DNA of 62,129 nt, filler included, from Jimgerdemannia flammicorona (lineage: Eukaryota): NCBI GenBank assembly GCA_003990765.1. It is 3 parts of 3 records of this genome, joined end to end, with 100 filler letters (N's around TTAATTAATTAA, not from the genome) between each part and the next. Parts side by side here need not be neighbours in the genome. Positions count along the whole stretch, not along the records: positions 1 to 20,655 come from RBNJ01001627.1; positions 20,756 to 41,398 come from RBNJ01001628.1; 1 more part is not named here. One strand, 5' to 3'. The translations under genes were made by a program, and so were the position numbers. This document shows, piece after piece, positions 12,501-24,117 of the stretch. How positions within the stretch are numbered: position 1 is the stretch's first letter; every line of letters starts with the position of its first letter. The notes under the pieces are model-generated. The model was not told the origin of the DNA, made no database searches, and saw nothing but the letters and a program-made list of their open reading frames with translations.

Positions 12501-14404
12501 CACGAGACGTGGGCTAAGGGATGGGGCCGCCGTGTCTTCTTAGACCTCCGGCAGGCATATGATCGAGTCCCCCTCAAGTGTATTCTCTCCCGCCTTGAGG
12601 AGCGAGGTGCCGATGCGGCCCTCCTTAGCATTATTCGAAGCCTGTTCAACCACTATTCCTACCAAGTGGTTGTTAATGGCCTCGTCACCCCTTCGGTCCC
12701 CACTGAGCGTGGCCTCTTCCAGGGCTCCCTCCTCTCCCCCTGGCTCTTTGATATCTTTATCGATCCCCTCGCCGCCTCCTTTGACGATCAGTTCAAGGAG
12801 TACGACTTCCCCCTTGGGCTCTTCTTCGCTGATGACATCGCCCTCACCCCCCGCACTGCCGCGGAAGGGCAGAGGATGGTCGATTTTTGCGAGGATTGGC
12901 TTCGGGTGAATGGTATGGAGCTCAACCCCAAGAAGTGCGGTTATGTTGGCCCTGCTGACTGTACTGTACTGATTGGGGGTATGCCCTGCCCGCAACCCAC
13001 CTCCTACGTGTACCTGGGCGTGCCGTACACCAACAAAGGGTTTGACTTTGTCGACCTAACGTTGCAGAATGCGGCGAAAGTGGAATGAATTCTTGGATTC
13101 TGCCGCGCCCGTGGTCCACTCTGGTCGCCAATGGTCAAGCTGGCCATCGTACGTACTTTCATCAGGCCTCAGCTGGAGTATGGCCTCCCCCTTCTACGAG
13201 CTTCCTGTTTGGCTACTACCATGGGGCTTCAGGTGCTGAAGCGTCCCGAGCAGGTCTTTGATGACGCTGTTGCTTGGGCGGTTGGATTTTCCAGCTGCCC
13301 GTTGCTTGGCAGTTCGATTCTTGGCCTCCCTTCCTTCCTTCGTCGTACATCTGACCTCTGCTGCATGTTCCAAGCCCATCTGGATTGGTGTAGCAAGTCG
13401 GGTAACAACCCCATCGGCCCCCTTAGCGAGTACTTTGTCATGCGTCCCCCGGGTTCTATTATTGACAAGTTCCGGCATTGGACCTCTTGGCTTGACTTCC
13501 TCGACTGGTACTGGGACCTCCGTCCCCAGGTCCGCAAGACTTGCTCGCTCCGCTCCTTCCTCCAGTCCTTCCTTTGGGACCAGCTACTGCAGGAATGGGC
13601 CTCCTCCTCCCAGGCTCTCATTCGGTACATCACCCCCAAAGGCCATTTATGGTCACGGGGCACCGATCGCGTCCTCTCCTTTCCCACCCGGCTTGTGCAT
13701 TCTGCCCTTGCCTGGCGCTATGGCTACTTTGGCCAACCCCGCCCCTGCTCCTGTGGAGATAAGTTTCATCGTGGCTATCTCCTTAGGTGCGGTCTTCTCG
13801 ACAGTTCGTATTCTGCTTTCCGAGGTTCTTCAGATCGAGATGAACAGCTCGACTGGTTTACCAGTAACGAATGGCAGGAGGAACTTCGTATCTACCCTCT
13901 TCATGCTCTTCATGAGACAGCCTACCACGCTATCGACGCCATGTGTAATTCTAGTGGCCACCTCGCGGTCGGGTTCTGCCTGACCAAGATTACGAAGATG
14001 CTTGGGTGATCGAGCGATCGCACATTTTCTTTATTTCTTTCTTTCCCCTCATTCACCCTGGTTGGTTCCCCCCATTGTTGAGAGCACATTGAATTATTCA
14101 TTTCATGTCAGTCATTTGGTATTTGGTTGACGATACAGTTCTTGTAGTAGGCGCTGGGTAAATGTGTATTATATCTTAGCCTTTCTTTTCTCTGCTTTTT
14201 TGCATTTATTATCCTTATGGCCATGACAAAATGGTTTTATCCAGCCCGTCCATAGGGTGGTCACCTCTCTGGCCTTTGTTATATACTTCTTCGCTAGTTG
14301 TTTACTTCGCTGGCCTTGTTTTGCTTTTCTCATCTTAGGAGTCTTTGTCTTTTGTTGCTCCAATGTACCTTTCTTCTCTACAATGAATAAATTCTTACTT
14401 GAAG
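9510..14404 (+). mobile_element. Telomere-associated non-LTR retrotransposon, copy 3 (both ends present; about 260-bp deletion in ORF1)
   Basis: Colinear with copy 2; ORF1 9722..10965 and ORF2 10962..14009, both with nonsense codons. Confidence 0.94.
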
Positions 14405-14438
14405 CCTAACCCTAACCCCAACCCTAACCCTAACCCTA
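14405..14438. repeat. Interstitial telomeric tract (former chromosome end)
   Basis: CCTAACCCTAACCCCAACCCTAACCCTAACCCTA. Confidence 0.92.
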
Positions 14439-17400
14439 TCCTTGACATCAGTAATTGATCCCAGTCTGACCACCATGTCATCTGTAAAGGCCCCTACCTT
14501 CCACCCAATATCAAAGATGGAGAGCCCCACTATCTTCCTCCTGATTCTATTCAGTAGTGATTCTAGAAAAAGAGTATACAAAATAGAGAACAATGAGTAC
14601 CCCTGGGGGACCCCCCTGCCTAGGGAAAAAGCCACCCCTCGATATCCATTACACATAAGCACTACCCTACTCCCTTTCAATAGACTAACTATTACTGACT
14701 GGAACTGGTGTTGAACTCTAGTCCTATCCAAAACTTTTATCAGTCAGACTCACCTCACCTAGTCATAAGCCTTCTCCTGGTCCATGAAGACCAGATACCC
14801 ATCCAGTCCACAAGCCCACACCCCTTCAATAACTCTATATACTCAGGCCATGCCATCCCTAATGAGCTGTCTCTCTATAAAGCCTCTCTGATTAATGCCC
14901 AAGATTTGCTGTACTACCTTTTATAGCCTTGCAACCACCACCTTAGTAACCAACTTTCTGTTCAAATCCAAGAGCATAATTGGCCTCCAGTTCTTCCAGT
15001 CCTCTCGCCTTCCTTTGTTCTTGTAGAGAAATGTTACCAACCCCAGATCCTGTTCCCCTACCCATCTCCCTGTCTGTAGAATAAGATCACATAATACTGT
15101 CATCTCCCCTAGTACTTCTGAGATCTTGACCATCTACTTCAGGGGCCGTACCCAATATTGTTATAGCCAGAATCTGACAGATCTCCTCCTCTTGGACTGG
15201 CAACACCAAGTCACTCATCCTCTTTACTTGTGGGGTTACCAATCATCTAATACATGACCAATCACATCAGTATCTACCCCACCCTCCTCCTCACTCCACA
15301 ATCCACTCCAGTACTCCTTTAAGGATCCAAGAATGTCTTGAATATCATGGACCAGGACACCATCAGAATCAAGCACCTCCTCCTACCTTTGTTACACCCT
15401 CCTTGCCCAAAGGGCCCTTATGAGAAACTTAGAGGGCCTCTCTCCCTCTTCCAAACCCTGCAACCATAGCCTAGCTGCCAAGACCTTCACCCTTGCTTCT
15501 TTCTCCTCTCGCAGCATCTGTTATAGTTCACCAATCTCCTTTTTCACTCTTATAGACCTTCAATTCTCCTCCCACTCTAATGTCACCAGTCTCACCCAAT
15601 CTCTTAAGAACCTAGACAGTCTACTAGAAGCCCATCTCACTTTTCACCTCCTCTGTTTCCCAGCCTCCTTGCCAGCCTCACTCCAGTATATCTTGGCTAT
15701 CTCCTTCATTCTCATCTACCAAATACCAGCTGAGGTGCCTTCCTGCCTCCAACACTCTACCTATAGCTGAATGTCTGCAGCCCACCTATCCCACCAGATT
15801 CTATCATCTATTAAGGAGAAATTGAGGTACTAATGTCCAGGCCCATACCCACTTCCCCCAAACTAACCCTGTCTGAGAATCTCTCAGTGATCTGACTAAG
15901 GACACCATTCCACCTTCAGTGACCTCCAAACATTCAAACCCTGGCAGCTGGCCATCAGAATCCAATCAATTCTCATCCCCAAGCCTTCTGCCCAATGCAT
16001 GTATACCCTCCTCTCCCTCAGCACTTCTTACCCATATCCACTAGAGCACTCAGCCTTTCCACTTTCTCCCATGCTGTCAGCCCTCCACTCTGACCCTCAA
16101 CTCCTTGTCCTCCATCTATTCTGTCTAACAGTACCTCTCAAACCATATTAAAGTCTCCACCCAGTACATCCATCCCAGCCTCTGTAAGTATCTCACTCTC
16201 TTGAAAATCCTTCACTTAGTCTATATACTCAATCCATATAGCAGAGTAGTAATAAGATCCCACTATAATTGATTCTCATCCAGTATATATCCACTGATCC
16301 CAGACCAGTCTATTCCCCCAGCTCTGTATATTCCTTATCTCCTCTCTATCTTTCCATATCAAAATCCCAACCTAGCCTATCCAAACTGCCTCACCTCCCT
16401 ATTTCTTCATACATTTCAGTTTATCTAAGTCATCTTCACACCTGATCCTGCAAGAGGAAGAGATTGACCTCCAATCTCTTCAGCCAAGTAAAAATGTTCC
16501 TTTGTCAAGAAGCACTCTATAACCAATTTATATTTAGTGAAAAAATGTTGGTTATTCTATTCATATTGATGAATAGTATTTTTATCTAATCTATCTCTAC
16601 TGCTCCAAGTTCATCTCTTCCTATGCCATGTCCAGATTATGTTCTATAGTCCACCTCTTCTTTAGCCCTCTGAGCCTCCAATCCAGCCAACAGCTCATTC
16701 ATCTCTCTATCTGTCTTCTCCTCAAACTCCTCTTGGTATTCCAGGCAGGCCTTCTGCCAGAGCTGCAATCTGTGTCCTTGATCCAACAGTACTTGGCCCT
16801 CTCACCAGTAACCCCTGCTAGTTTGGCCTCTCACTTCATATTCACCTCATATCCTTCCTTCTTCTGATATACCACAATGATCTCTGTCTTCAATGCCAAC
16901 TCTACACCATCTCTCTGCAATACCTGTACTCAATGCTCATTGCTCATTACCCTCAAGGCCACCTCTCCAAGCTCTTCAGCTGCCAGGTTATTCATCATCC
17001 TGCACATCTAAAGTAGATTTCCCACCTCCTTCCCTCCTAGGGTCACTGGTCTTCTACTATCTAATATTGTGGTATTAGCTCTGGCACTCACAGCCTCATC
17101 CCATACCTTTGGGACATCCACCAATTTCTCCTCTCCAACCTCTACTACCTGTCCCCCCTTTGCTACCTCAGGCACACCAAATTGTACTTACTGGGCCCTC
17201 TTCATTGGCACATCCTCTCCTGCCCTGCTCCAGTAAGCCAGCCCTTGCCTGATGAGAGGGATAGGGGTAGGCAATCCCTCCCAGTCCTCCTCCCAGACCT
17301 CGAACGTACCTCAGTATATGGGTCACTACCAGCTGCTTTCCTGTCCTCCTCTGTTCCTTTCTCTATACTCCCACCCTTCTTACTAGTCCAGACACTCACC

Positions 17401-18680
17401 TTGGCACCCCATGGTTCCACCATCCCACCTGCCTTCTTCAACACTCGACTCCCCATCTTAGCCAGTAACTCTTTCTGACATTTATGGCCCTGAACTTTTT
17501 CCCACTATCTCTTGTCTACTCTGATCCTCTTCCCATCCACCACCTCTATGTATGTTGACTCCTCATAGGACTTCCACACCTTTGCCCACTACTCTACCAC
17601 TCCACTCATCTCTTCCAGTGCCTCCAGCAAGTCCTCTTCCTCCTCCTCGCTCCTCTTTACCCTTGTCACCTTGCACAAGATCACCCTCCAGACCATCACC
17701 AAGGGCCAGTCCCTTGTCTTCCCTGTAGCTTCTCTCCCTACCAACCAAATCTACACATCCACATCCCCTGTCCTGAGTGAGGTCCCTTCTCAGACCCTGA
17801 ACCCAATATCCACTACTTTGCCATACTCTGCCATAACCTCCTCTACTCTCCTTCTCATCTCCACTACCATCACCATGGGCACTCCCTTTACCAGCAGTTG
17901 GACTACCCTAGGGTCTCATTTCAGACAATCATGCCATTGGGACACACACCTCTCTAACAATCAATCCAACCTTCAGTACTTCCTCTAGGGGCTCAGCCTT
18001 CTCAAAACCCACCTCCATTCCCTCCAGTTCTTTCAGAAACTTCATGGATACTGCTCAAGCCACCTGCTTAGTGATAAGCCCTAGCACCATTTTTGCCATC
18101 ACTGTCAGATCCCAGTAGTACAATGTAACTATAAATGCTGAGATGGATTTCTTGAGTAATGGTGCCACCGCTAGGCCTATCACACTATCTGCCAAATCTC
18201 CCTGCCTTCTAAGCCTCAGCTTCTTAGCCATGTCATCAGCTATCACATCTGGATTTTTTTTCAGATTGGCAGTCCTGTCACCATCAACTATCACATCCCA
18301 CCCAACCACTACTCCCTCAGCTCTGCTGCCCTCACCCCTAAGTACTACTCCCCTATGAACTGTCATCATCTCCACCTCCTTGCCTTTCCTCAGCCAACCC
18401 TTCAGCCCTATTATCTACTGCCTCTCCTTCACTGTCTCTGCAAAGCTCACTCTCTCAGACCCCTGTCCTCCCCTGCCACCTCTACCTCCTCCTTTTCCTC
18501 CTCCCAACAGCCCTCTTATATCACTCCCCAGGCCAGAACCTCTCTCCACCTACTGCCAGTCGAATGTACTAGGGCTGCCCTGCCCAGTACGTACTCTAGA
18601 GTACTTGTTATTTACTATTTCCTTATCATCTTTCTCTAATAAACGACTTGAGAGTGTGTTGTAAAGTGTGTGTAATATAA
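14439..18680 (-). mobile_element. Decayed L1/Tx1-like LINE, 3'-truncated just after the RT xxDD motif
   Basis: ORF2 start MNRITNIFSLN at 16564; WKNWRPIMLLD, GRGVPQG, GAFTDDMVV; ORF1 remnants similar to 48670-50600; many stops, CpG nearly absent. Confidence 0.88.
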
Positions 18681-18689
18681 ATATTAGCT

Positions 18690-20655
18690 GAGAAAGGTCT
18701 GGACAAAGTGGTCTTTTGGAGAAGAGCAGTGGGGCTTTATAGGAGATAGACTTATTAGAGATGGGACTGCCTGGGTTCATGGCATCATAGAAGGGACCCA
18801 GTCTTGTGGGTTGGATAGTAGACTTGTGTTTTTGAACTAGGAGAAGACCTACAACTATATTCAGCAGGTATAGTTGGGCAAGGTTCTAGATAGGATTTGT
18901 ATTCCTCTATAGTTTCAGGCTTCTATATTGAGTTTTTTGGAGGGAAGTAGGGCAGCACTGATATATAATGGTTACAGAGGTTTGGCATTTCCTCTGGGGA
19001 GAGGAGTACCTCATAGAGACCCACTGTCATCTATCCTTTATGCCCTTTCACTAGAACCTTTGATGGATAGGATCTGCCAGAAGGTGACTGAGCTCTCTAT
19101 GTATGAAGAAGTGTGGAAGAGAGGGGCCTTTGCAGATGATATGGTAATTAGACTTGGATCAGTTGCAGATATCAAGACACTTAAGAAAACAGTAGAATGG
19201 TATGAGATACACTCTTGTGTGAAACTTAATTAGCATAAATGTGAGACAATAGTGTTGGGGAATAGGTTAGTCAGAGGGGATATCATTGGAACAATTGTCC
19301 CCACAGGAGAGGTAGTGTAGTATCTTGGGATCTTTCTTTCGGTATATGGGTCAGTCCTTCTCAGAGTATGGTGGAAGAGGAGAGTGCTCATTTGGGAGGA
19401 GGCTCTGAGAGGTTGGGGGAGTCATCACATCTCCCTGGAAGGGCAGGTGTCAATCTTGAATGTTTACTAGTTTCCCAAGCTATGGTACATGGCATATCAC
19501 TTAGACTTTCCAGTCTGAGTGGTGAAGAGATTGACAAAACTGGCTAGAGATTCGATTTGGGCAGGAAGAAGGTCCCAGATTAGTTGAGATACCCTGGTGG
19601 AGCTGGTGATTAGGGGAGGCCTAGGTCTTGTAGACTTCTCTAGGTGTCTTTACTGCCTGCGAGCTAGGTGGTTGAAGAGGGCAGTTGAACTACAAGAAGG
19701 AGGTTGGGTACCACTGATACAGAAGGTGTAGTCTCTTCTTGAGGTTTCTCAGGTGACTTTCTTTTCTGGTAGGTCTGAATGGAAGCCAGCAGATATAGTA
19801 TAAGGGATTCTGGTAGGGAGTGGTGGATAGAGTACATCAGATTGGACTATATTGGTGTGGTAATGAGGAGGAGATGATATGGGGCCCTGCTATATGGCAG
19901 TGGGATCATCTGCTTCTAGGGAGGACTCAACTAGCAGAGTTTGACATTGATGATGGGGTGGAGTATCAGAGGAGTCTTGGCCAAGACCTTTGGCCAAGTA
20001 GTTGGTAGGCAGAGAGGATTGGTGAGGAGTGGAACTGGGTAGGAATCTGGTCCTAGAGTACTGAGGTGCAGTAGTGGCTACCTCCCAAGTTCTGGGTGGT
20101 TTGGTAGTGAATACTATGGTGGAATGTTATGTTAAATTTCCATGCTGGGTATCTGGTGGTTGGTGGCCAACTGGAGTGTAAGGAGAGTTATAATGTCAGA
20201 TAAGCTAGGGGATTTATGCAGTCACTGAAACATTGGCTGGGTGAGTATGAGTTTTTGGGGGACTTTTGGATAGCTATAGGAGACCAGCTAGGTGTTGAAA
20301 GGAGGCTAGATAGAGTGAGAGAATGATGGGAGGATTTAAGATCTAGACTAGTAAGAGATGTTGGCAATGAGTAGCTCACTATAGAGTGAGTTATAGCAAT
20401 GTAGATTGGGCTGGCTGGTCATTGGCTCTTTGTTTTTGAGGAAGGGTAATAAGTAGAATTATAGAAGAAGTTGTTGAGGTGAGAGGAGTTGTTGAGTGAT
20501 CTACTGACTGAGTGGTAGATTGGTTGGAGTCCCTGGAGTGAGCGATATCACCATCTGGTAGAGGAGATTTGTGGGCAGAGTGGTGGGTGAGTGGAGATAG
20601 TGTTTGATAAAGTGGTCTTTATCCGTGAAGAGGTGGCGTGGGGCCCCCCCCAAAT
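18690..20655 (+). mobile_element. Decayed 5'-truncated L1/Tx1-like LINE (RT and C-terminal region)
   Basis: GRGVPHRDPLSSILYAL, GAFADDMV; colinear with 52290-54200; many TAG/TGA stops. Confidence 0.85.
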
Positions 20656-20755
20656 NNNNNNNNNNNNNNNNNNNNNNNNNNNNNNNNNNNNNNNNNNNNT
20701 TAATTAATTAANNNNNNNNNNNNNNNNNNNNNNNNNNNNNNNNNNNNNNNNNNNN
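20656..20755. other. Assembly gap with artificial TTAATTAATTAA stop spacer
   Basis: N run with a central six-frame stop linker. Confidence 0.97.
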
Positions 20756-21044
20756 GGGTTCAGGGGTCGGGTTCAGGTTTGGGTTAAGGGTAAATAACGG
20801 GTCGGGTGACATACATTTCCAGGTCGGGTTAAAGACGGGTGACGTATTATTCCGGGTCGGGTTAAAGACGGGTGACGTACAATTCTGGGTCGGGTTAAAG
20901 ACGGGTGACGTATAATTCCGGGTCGGGTTAAAGACGGGTGACGTATAATTCCGGGTTGGGTTAAAGACGGGTGACGTCTAATTCCGGGTTGGCTGTTTTA
21001 CGGGTCGGGTTTCGGGTTAATCGGGTCGGGTTTGCGGAGCACTA
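20756..21044 (+). repeat. 33-bp tandem array ending in CACTA; probable DNA-transposon (hAT-like) terminus
   Basis: About 5 units of GGGTCGGGTTAAAGACGGGTGACGTATAATTCC, then CGGGT-rich sequence ending GCACTA; the same structure recurs at 41770-42107. Confidence 0.7.
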
Positions 21045-21249
21045 ATCACTATGGTGGAATGATAGATTGTTCAATGCACCTTTAAACTACCGTCATTGAC
21101 AATTTTATCAATAGACTCCAGTTTATGATTCAGGTTATAAAGTGCAAATGATAACTCTCGGGTTCAAAATTGTGTAACGTGTGAATCATGATTACATGAT
21201 CCAAATCGATAAAGTCTGACTTTACAATATTCCCAAAAATATTACAACT

Positions 21250-22653
21250 ATGTTTGAGCGCATTGAACTTACTGATGCCGTGTACCACATTGCACACATC
21301 GCGGCTGGTAGCATCCATTTCACAGCAAAGATCGACAATCGAGGATCAGCCCAAATATGCATTGTGAAAGGTGCTGCCAAAAGTGACTATGATACTAAAC
21401 AATGCATATGGGTCTATTGTACGCGCAGTGGGTGTGTAAAATATGGAGAATCCGTGCATCCACTTAATCCATCGGAAGAATTTGGATTTGGATTTGAAAT
21501 CACAGAGTCTGGGACCCGGATTGTCGTTGCAGGAAATGAATTTGTGCAAACTGAGTCGGCTCAAAGTTGGTCGATCCTCATCATCGACAGAGGAGCTAAT
21601 ATTCGACTATACGCCGTGGATATACAAATTCCAGAGAAGGAATCGCGTATTGTCAGCCCGCGCGTTAGATCTATTGAACGTATCGCAATGTCTCAGGATG
21701 GTCATAGTTGTGTGTGTATCCAAGACCGGACACTGACTATATGGAATATAACTAGCAAACCACGGTTAGAAGATGTAATTCTTGTACCGGAGTGCGTGGG
21801 GGATCAGGTCAGCATGGCGATTTCTAATGTCGGAGATGGTGGACTACCCAATTGGATTGCGCTGAGTTGTGACAAGATGATAACTATTTTTTCTGATTAT
21901 AACCGTCGCGAATATACCAAGACACAACTAAAGTTTCCGGGCCAAGTATATTGTATTGGTGGAAACACTTTAATTGTTGATGATTTCAAGGTGTTTCGCG
22001 TATTGTCTACACTTTCCCCAAAACCGAAATTTACGACAATTCGTGTACAGAATAGCGATGAATATACCCTTCAACCGTTAAAATTCAATAAGCTTCTGTG
22101 TGGATCGGGGGTAGTGGACATGGGTTTAGGCAAAATTACACAAGAGCTTAAACACTGTTCTCCCATTCACAGTAAATGCGATGTTGATGCCGATGGACGA
22201 ATTGTGATATACAACGATGGTGCACTACAATACCATTTTGGGGATATCCGACTGCAGTGTCTTCGTTTGGACCTAAATGCAATGACAATTGTTGGAGTGG
22301 AGATTGTCGTATTGGGTGGAGATAAATTTGTATTGACTATCGATGCCGATGACAATTTTGTGTTGTTCGGCTTGTTCAATCCGTGCACAAATATGCCAAT
22401 GCAATATGCCAATGTGCCACATAGATTTGGGGCTGGATTTAGGCGTGCGATTGCTCATATTAGCAATAATCACAGTCAGATTCGATTTATAATTCCATTG
22501 GAATCTGTAGTTAGTGTATGTAATATTAAAATTCCCAGATTCAAAATGCACGACCAACACTCCACTTTATTCTCGCTACACATTGCATTATTCATTGGTT
22601 TATATGGAATGGCTATATGGTATATTTGGCGCAATTTGTATTATATATGGTAA
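21250..22653 (+). CDS. Hypothetical protein, beta-rich (possibly WD40/beta-propeller-like) with C-terminal transmembrane helix
   Basis: 467-aa intronless ORF; IAMSQDG...TLTIWNI resembles a WD blade; hydrophobic C-terminal LFSLHIALFIGLYGMAIWYIW; AATAAA after the stop. Confidence 0.7.
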   Translation: MFERIELTDAVYHIAHIAAGSIHFTAKIDNRGSAQICIVKGAAKSDYDTKQCIWVYCTRSGCVKYGESVHPLNPSEEFGFGFEITESGTRIVVAGNEFVQTESAQSWSILIIDRGANIRLYAVDIQIPEKESRIVSPRVRSIERIAMSQDGHSCVCIQDRTLTIWNITSKPRLEDVILVPECVGDQVSMAISNVGDGGLPNWIALSCDKMITIFSDYNRREYTKTQLKFPGQVYCIGGNTLIVDDFKVFRVLSTLSPKPKFTTIRVQNSDEYTLQPLKFNKLLCGSGVVDMGLGKITQELKHCSPIHSKCDVDADGRIVIYNDGALQYHFGDIRLQCLRLDLNAMTIVGVEIVVLGGDKFVLTIDADDNFVLFGLFNPCTNMPMQYANVPHRFGAGFRRAIAHISNNHSQIRFIIPLESVVSVCNIKIPRFKMHDQHSTLFSLHIALFIGLYGMAIWYIWRNLYYIW

Positions 22654-23819
22654 ATAATAAAATTCTATGCTCAACATTAAAATATAATGATCTATTGTAA
22701 TATATGGCATTCCAAATAAGTATTGGCGTTATATTCTTCGATTTTAGCAAATTCTTTATGCTCATTCAAACTATCGGCGATGATTTCTACTACGATGAAT
22801 GATCACCTGTCATCAGCCACTTGTAGTGAGATCGAGACCAAGCGATGTATATTTTCTGTTCATAATATTTCAAAAAGCATGCCGAGTGGGATGATTCATT
22901 GCATAAACCTTAGGATCGGCAGATCAATCACCCGAACATGATTTAAAATCTATACTAAATATCTCATTTGTATCACTTTTATAATGATATGAATATCACA
23001 AAATTATCCGACATTATTTGGTACTATGATTCTATACTTGAGAAAGTTTTCTTGGTCAAGATAAACTTAATGGATGTGCTCAAAAACTCAACACACAAAC
23101 ATTTAATATCTATGATAATAGTGATTTGAAAACCCAGCCAAGTTGCATATTTAGAATAGTTGGTGGAGGGGGAGGGGGAGGGCGAGTGTATTGCAAACAA
23201 TCATTGCTTGATTTACAGTAGCTCATTCCATATTTAGTGACACCAGCAAAGAAATCCACATTCTGCTGTACACCAAGTCCAAACGAATAGCTTTGAGAGC
23301 TGCTCTGAAGGTATATTTTACATATTAGCAATAATATTTCCCTTTCTATTATTTTATTCTATATCTGCCTCAATAATAGTATTACATTTTATTTGTTATT
23401 TATACCCGGCTATCTCTCCCAGCAATTTCGCTAATATATTGGCCAAGGTATTAATACATAAAAATGTCGAGTCTGTCATTTTTTCAATTCTGGCAGACAA
23501 CCAGCGGAATGGTCATGTGATCTTACTGTAAAATTTATATTGGGCACACGGTTATTATGGGCACACGATCAGATGATTAATTTTAGTCAAGGGATTTTAA
23601 AATCAATATGACTCACTTATCGATCTGCCAGTATATAATATTAGTTATTGCGAGCAATTCGGATATTTGACCACCATAATAACATCTGAATTCTAATAAT
23701 TATGAATTTAGAGTGTGCTTTAATGACAATATTCTATCCAATATTCAAGATAAAGTAAAGCCAAATTGTTTACAGAAGACTGTGTAAGAGAGAGTAAACT
23801 TTGTTTTGCAGGATATAAT

Positions 23820-24052
23820 ATTTGACGCATAAAAATGCTAGACTCGACATTTTTATGCGTCAAATTTCAATAATCATGTGATAACATCATTGAACCAATC
23901 AAATATTAACGCATAAAAATGCTAGACCCGACATTTTTATGCATCAAATTTCAATAATCATGTGATAACATCATTGAACCAATCGAATATTAACGCATAA
24001 AAATGCTAGACTCGACATTTTTATGCGTCAAATTTTTAATAATCATGTGATT
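23820..24052. repeat. 84-bp tandem repeat (about 2.7 units), each unit containing the island palindrome
   Basis: AAAAATGCTAGA recurs at 23831, 23915, 23999; first copy has perfect 18-bp arms ATTTGACGCATAAAAATG/CATTTTTATGCGTCAAAT around CTAGACTCGA. Confidence 0.93.
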
Positions 24053-24117
24053 TAATATTGTTAAACACGAAGCATAAAATTGATTTCGGTGCATTAAATT
24101 TTTGTATTCTGTATACC

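Noticed and set aside
526..14363. Many short antisense and alternate-frame ORFs in the telomeric elements, and 3' UTR ORFs such as 3935..4222
   Set aside because: Shadows of GC-rich coding sequence or T-rich UTR, with no recognisable motifs
14378..14731. ORF ending in RVRVRVGVRVR
   Set aside because: L1 RT remnant reading into telomere repeats, not a real gene
20700..20711. TTAATTAATTAA palindrome inside N runs (also 41443-41454)
   Set aside because: Artificial six-frame stop spacer from scaffolding; adjacency across both gaps is therefore unproven
22690..23340. Possible gene remnants between the 467-aa gene and the first palindrome
   Set aside because: Only short, stop-interrupted frames with no recognisable motif
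23820..24052. CRISPR-like palindromic repeat-spacer array
   Set aside because: Spacers are near-identical, the repeat is too long, the context is eukaryotic and there are no cas genes
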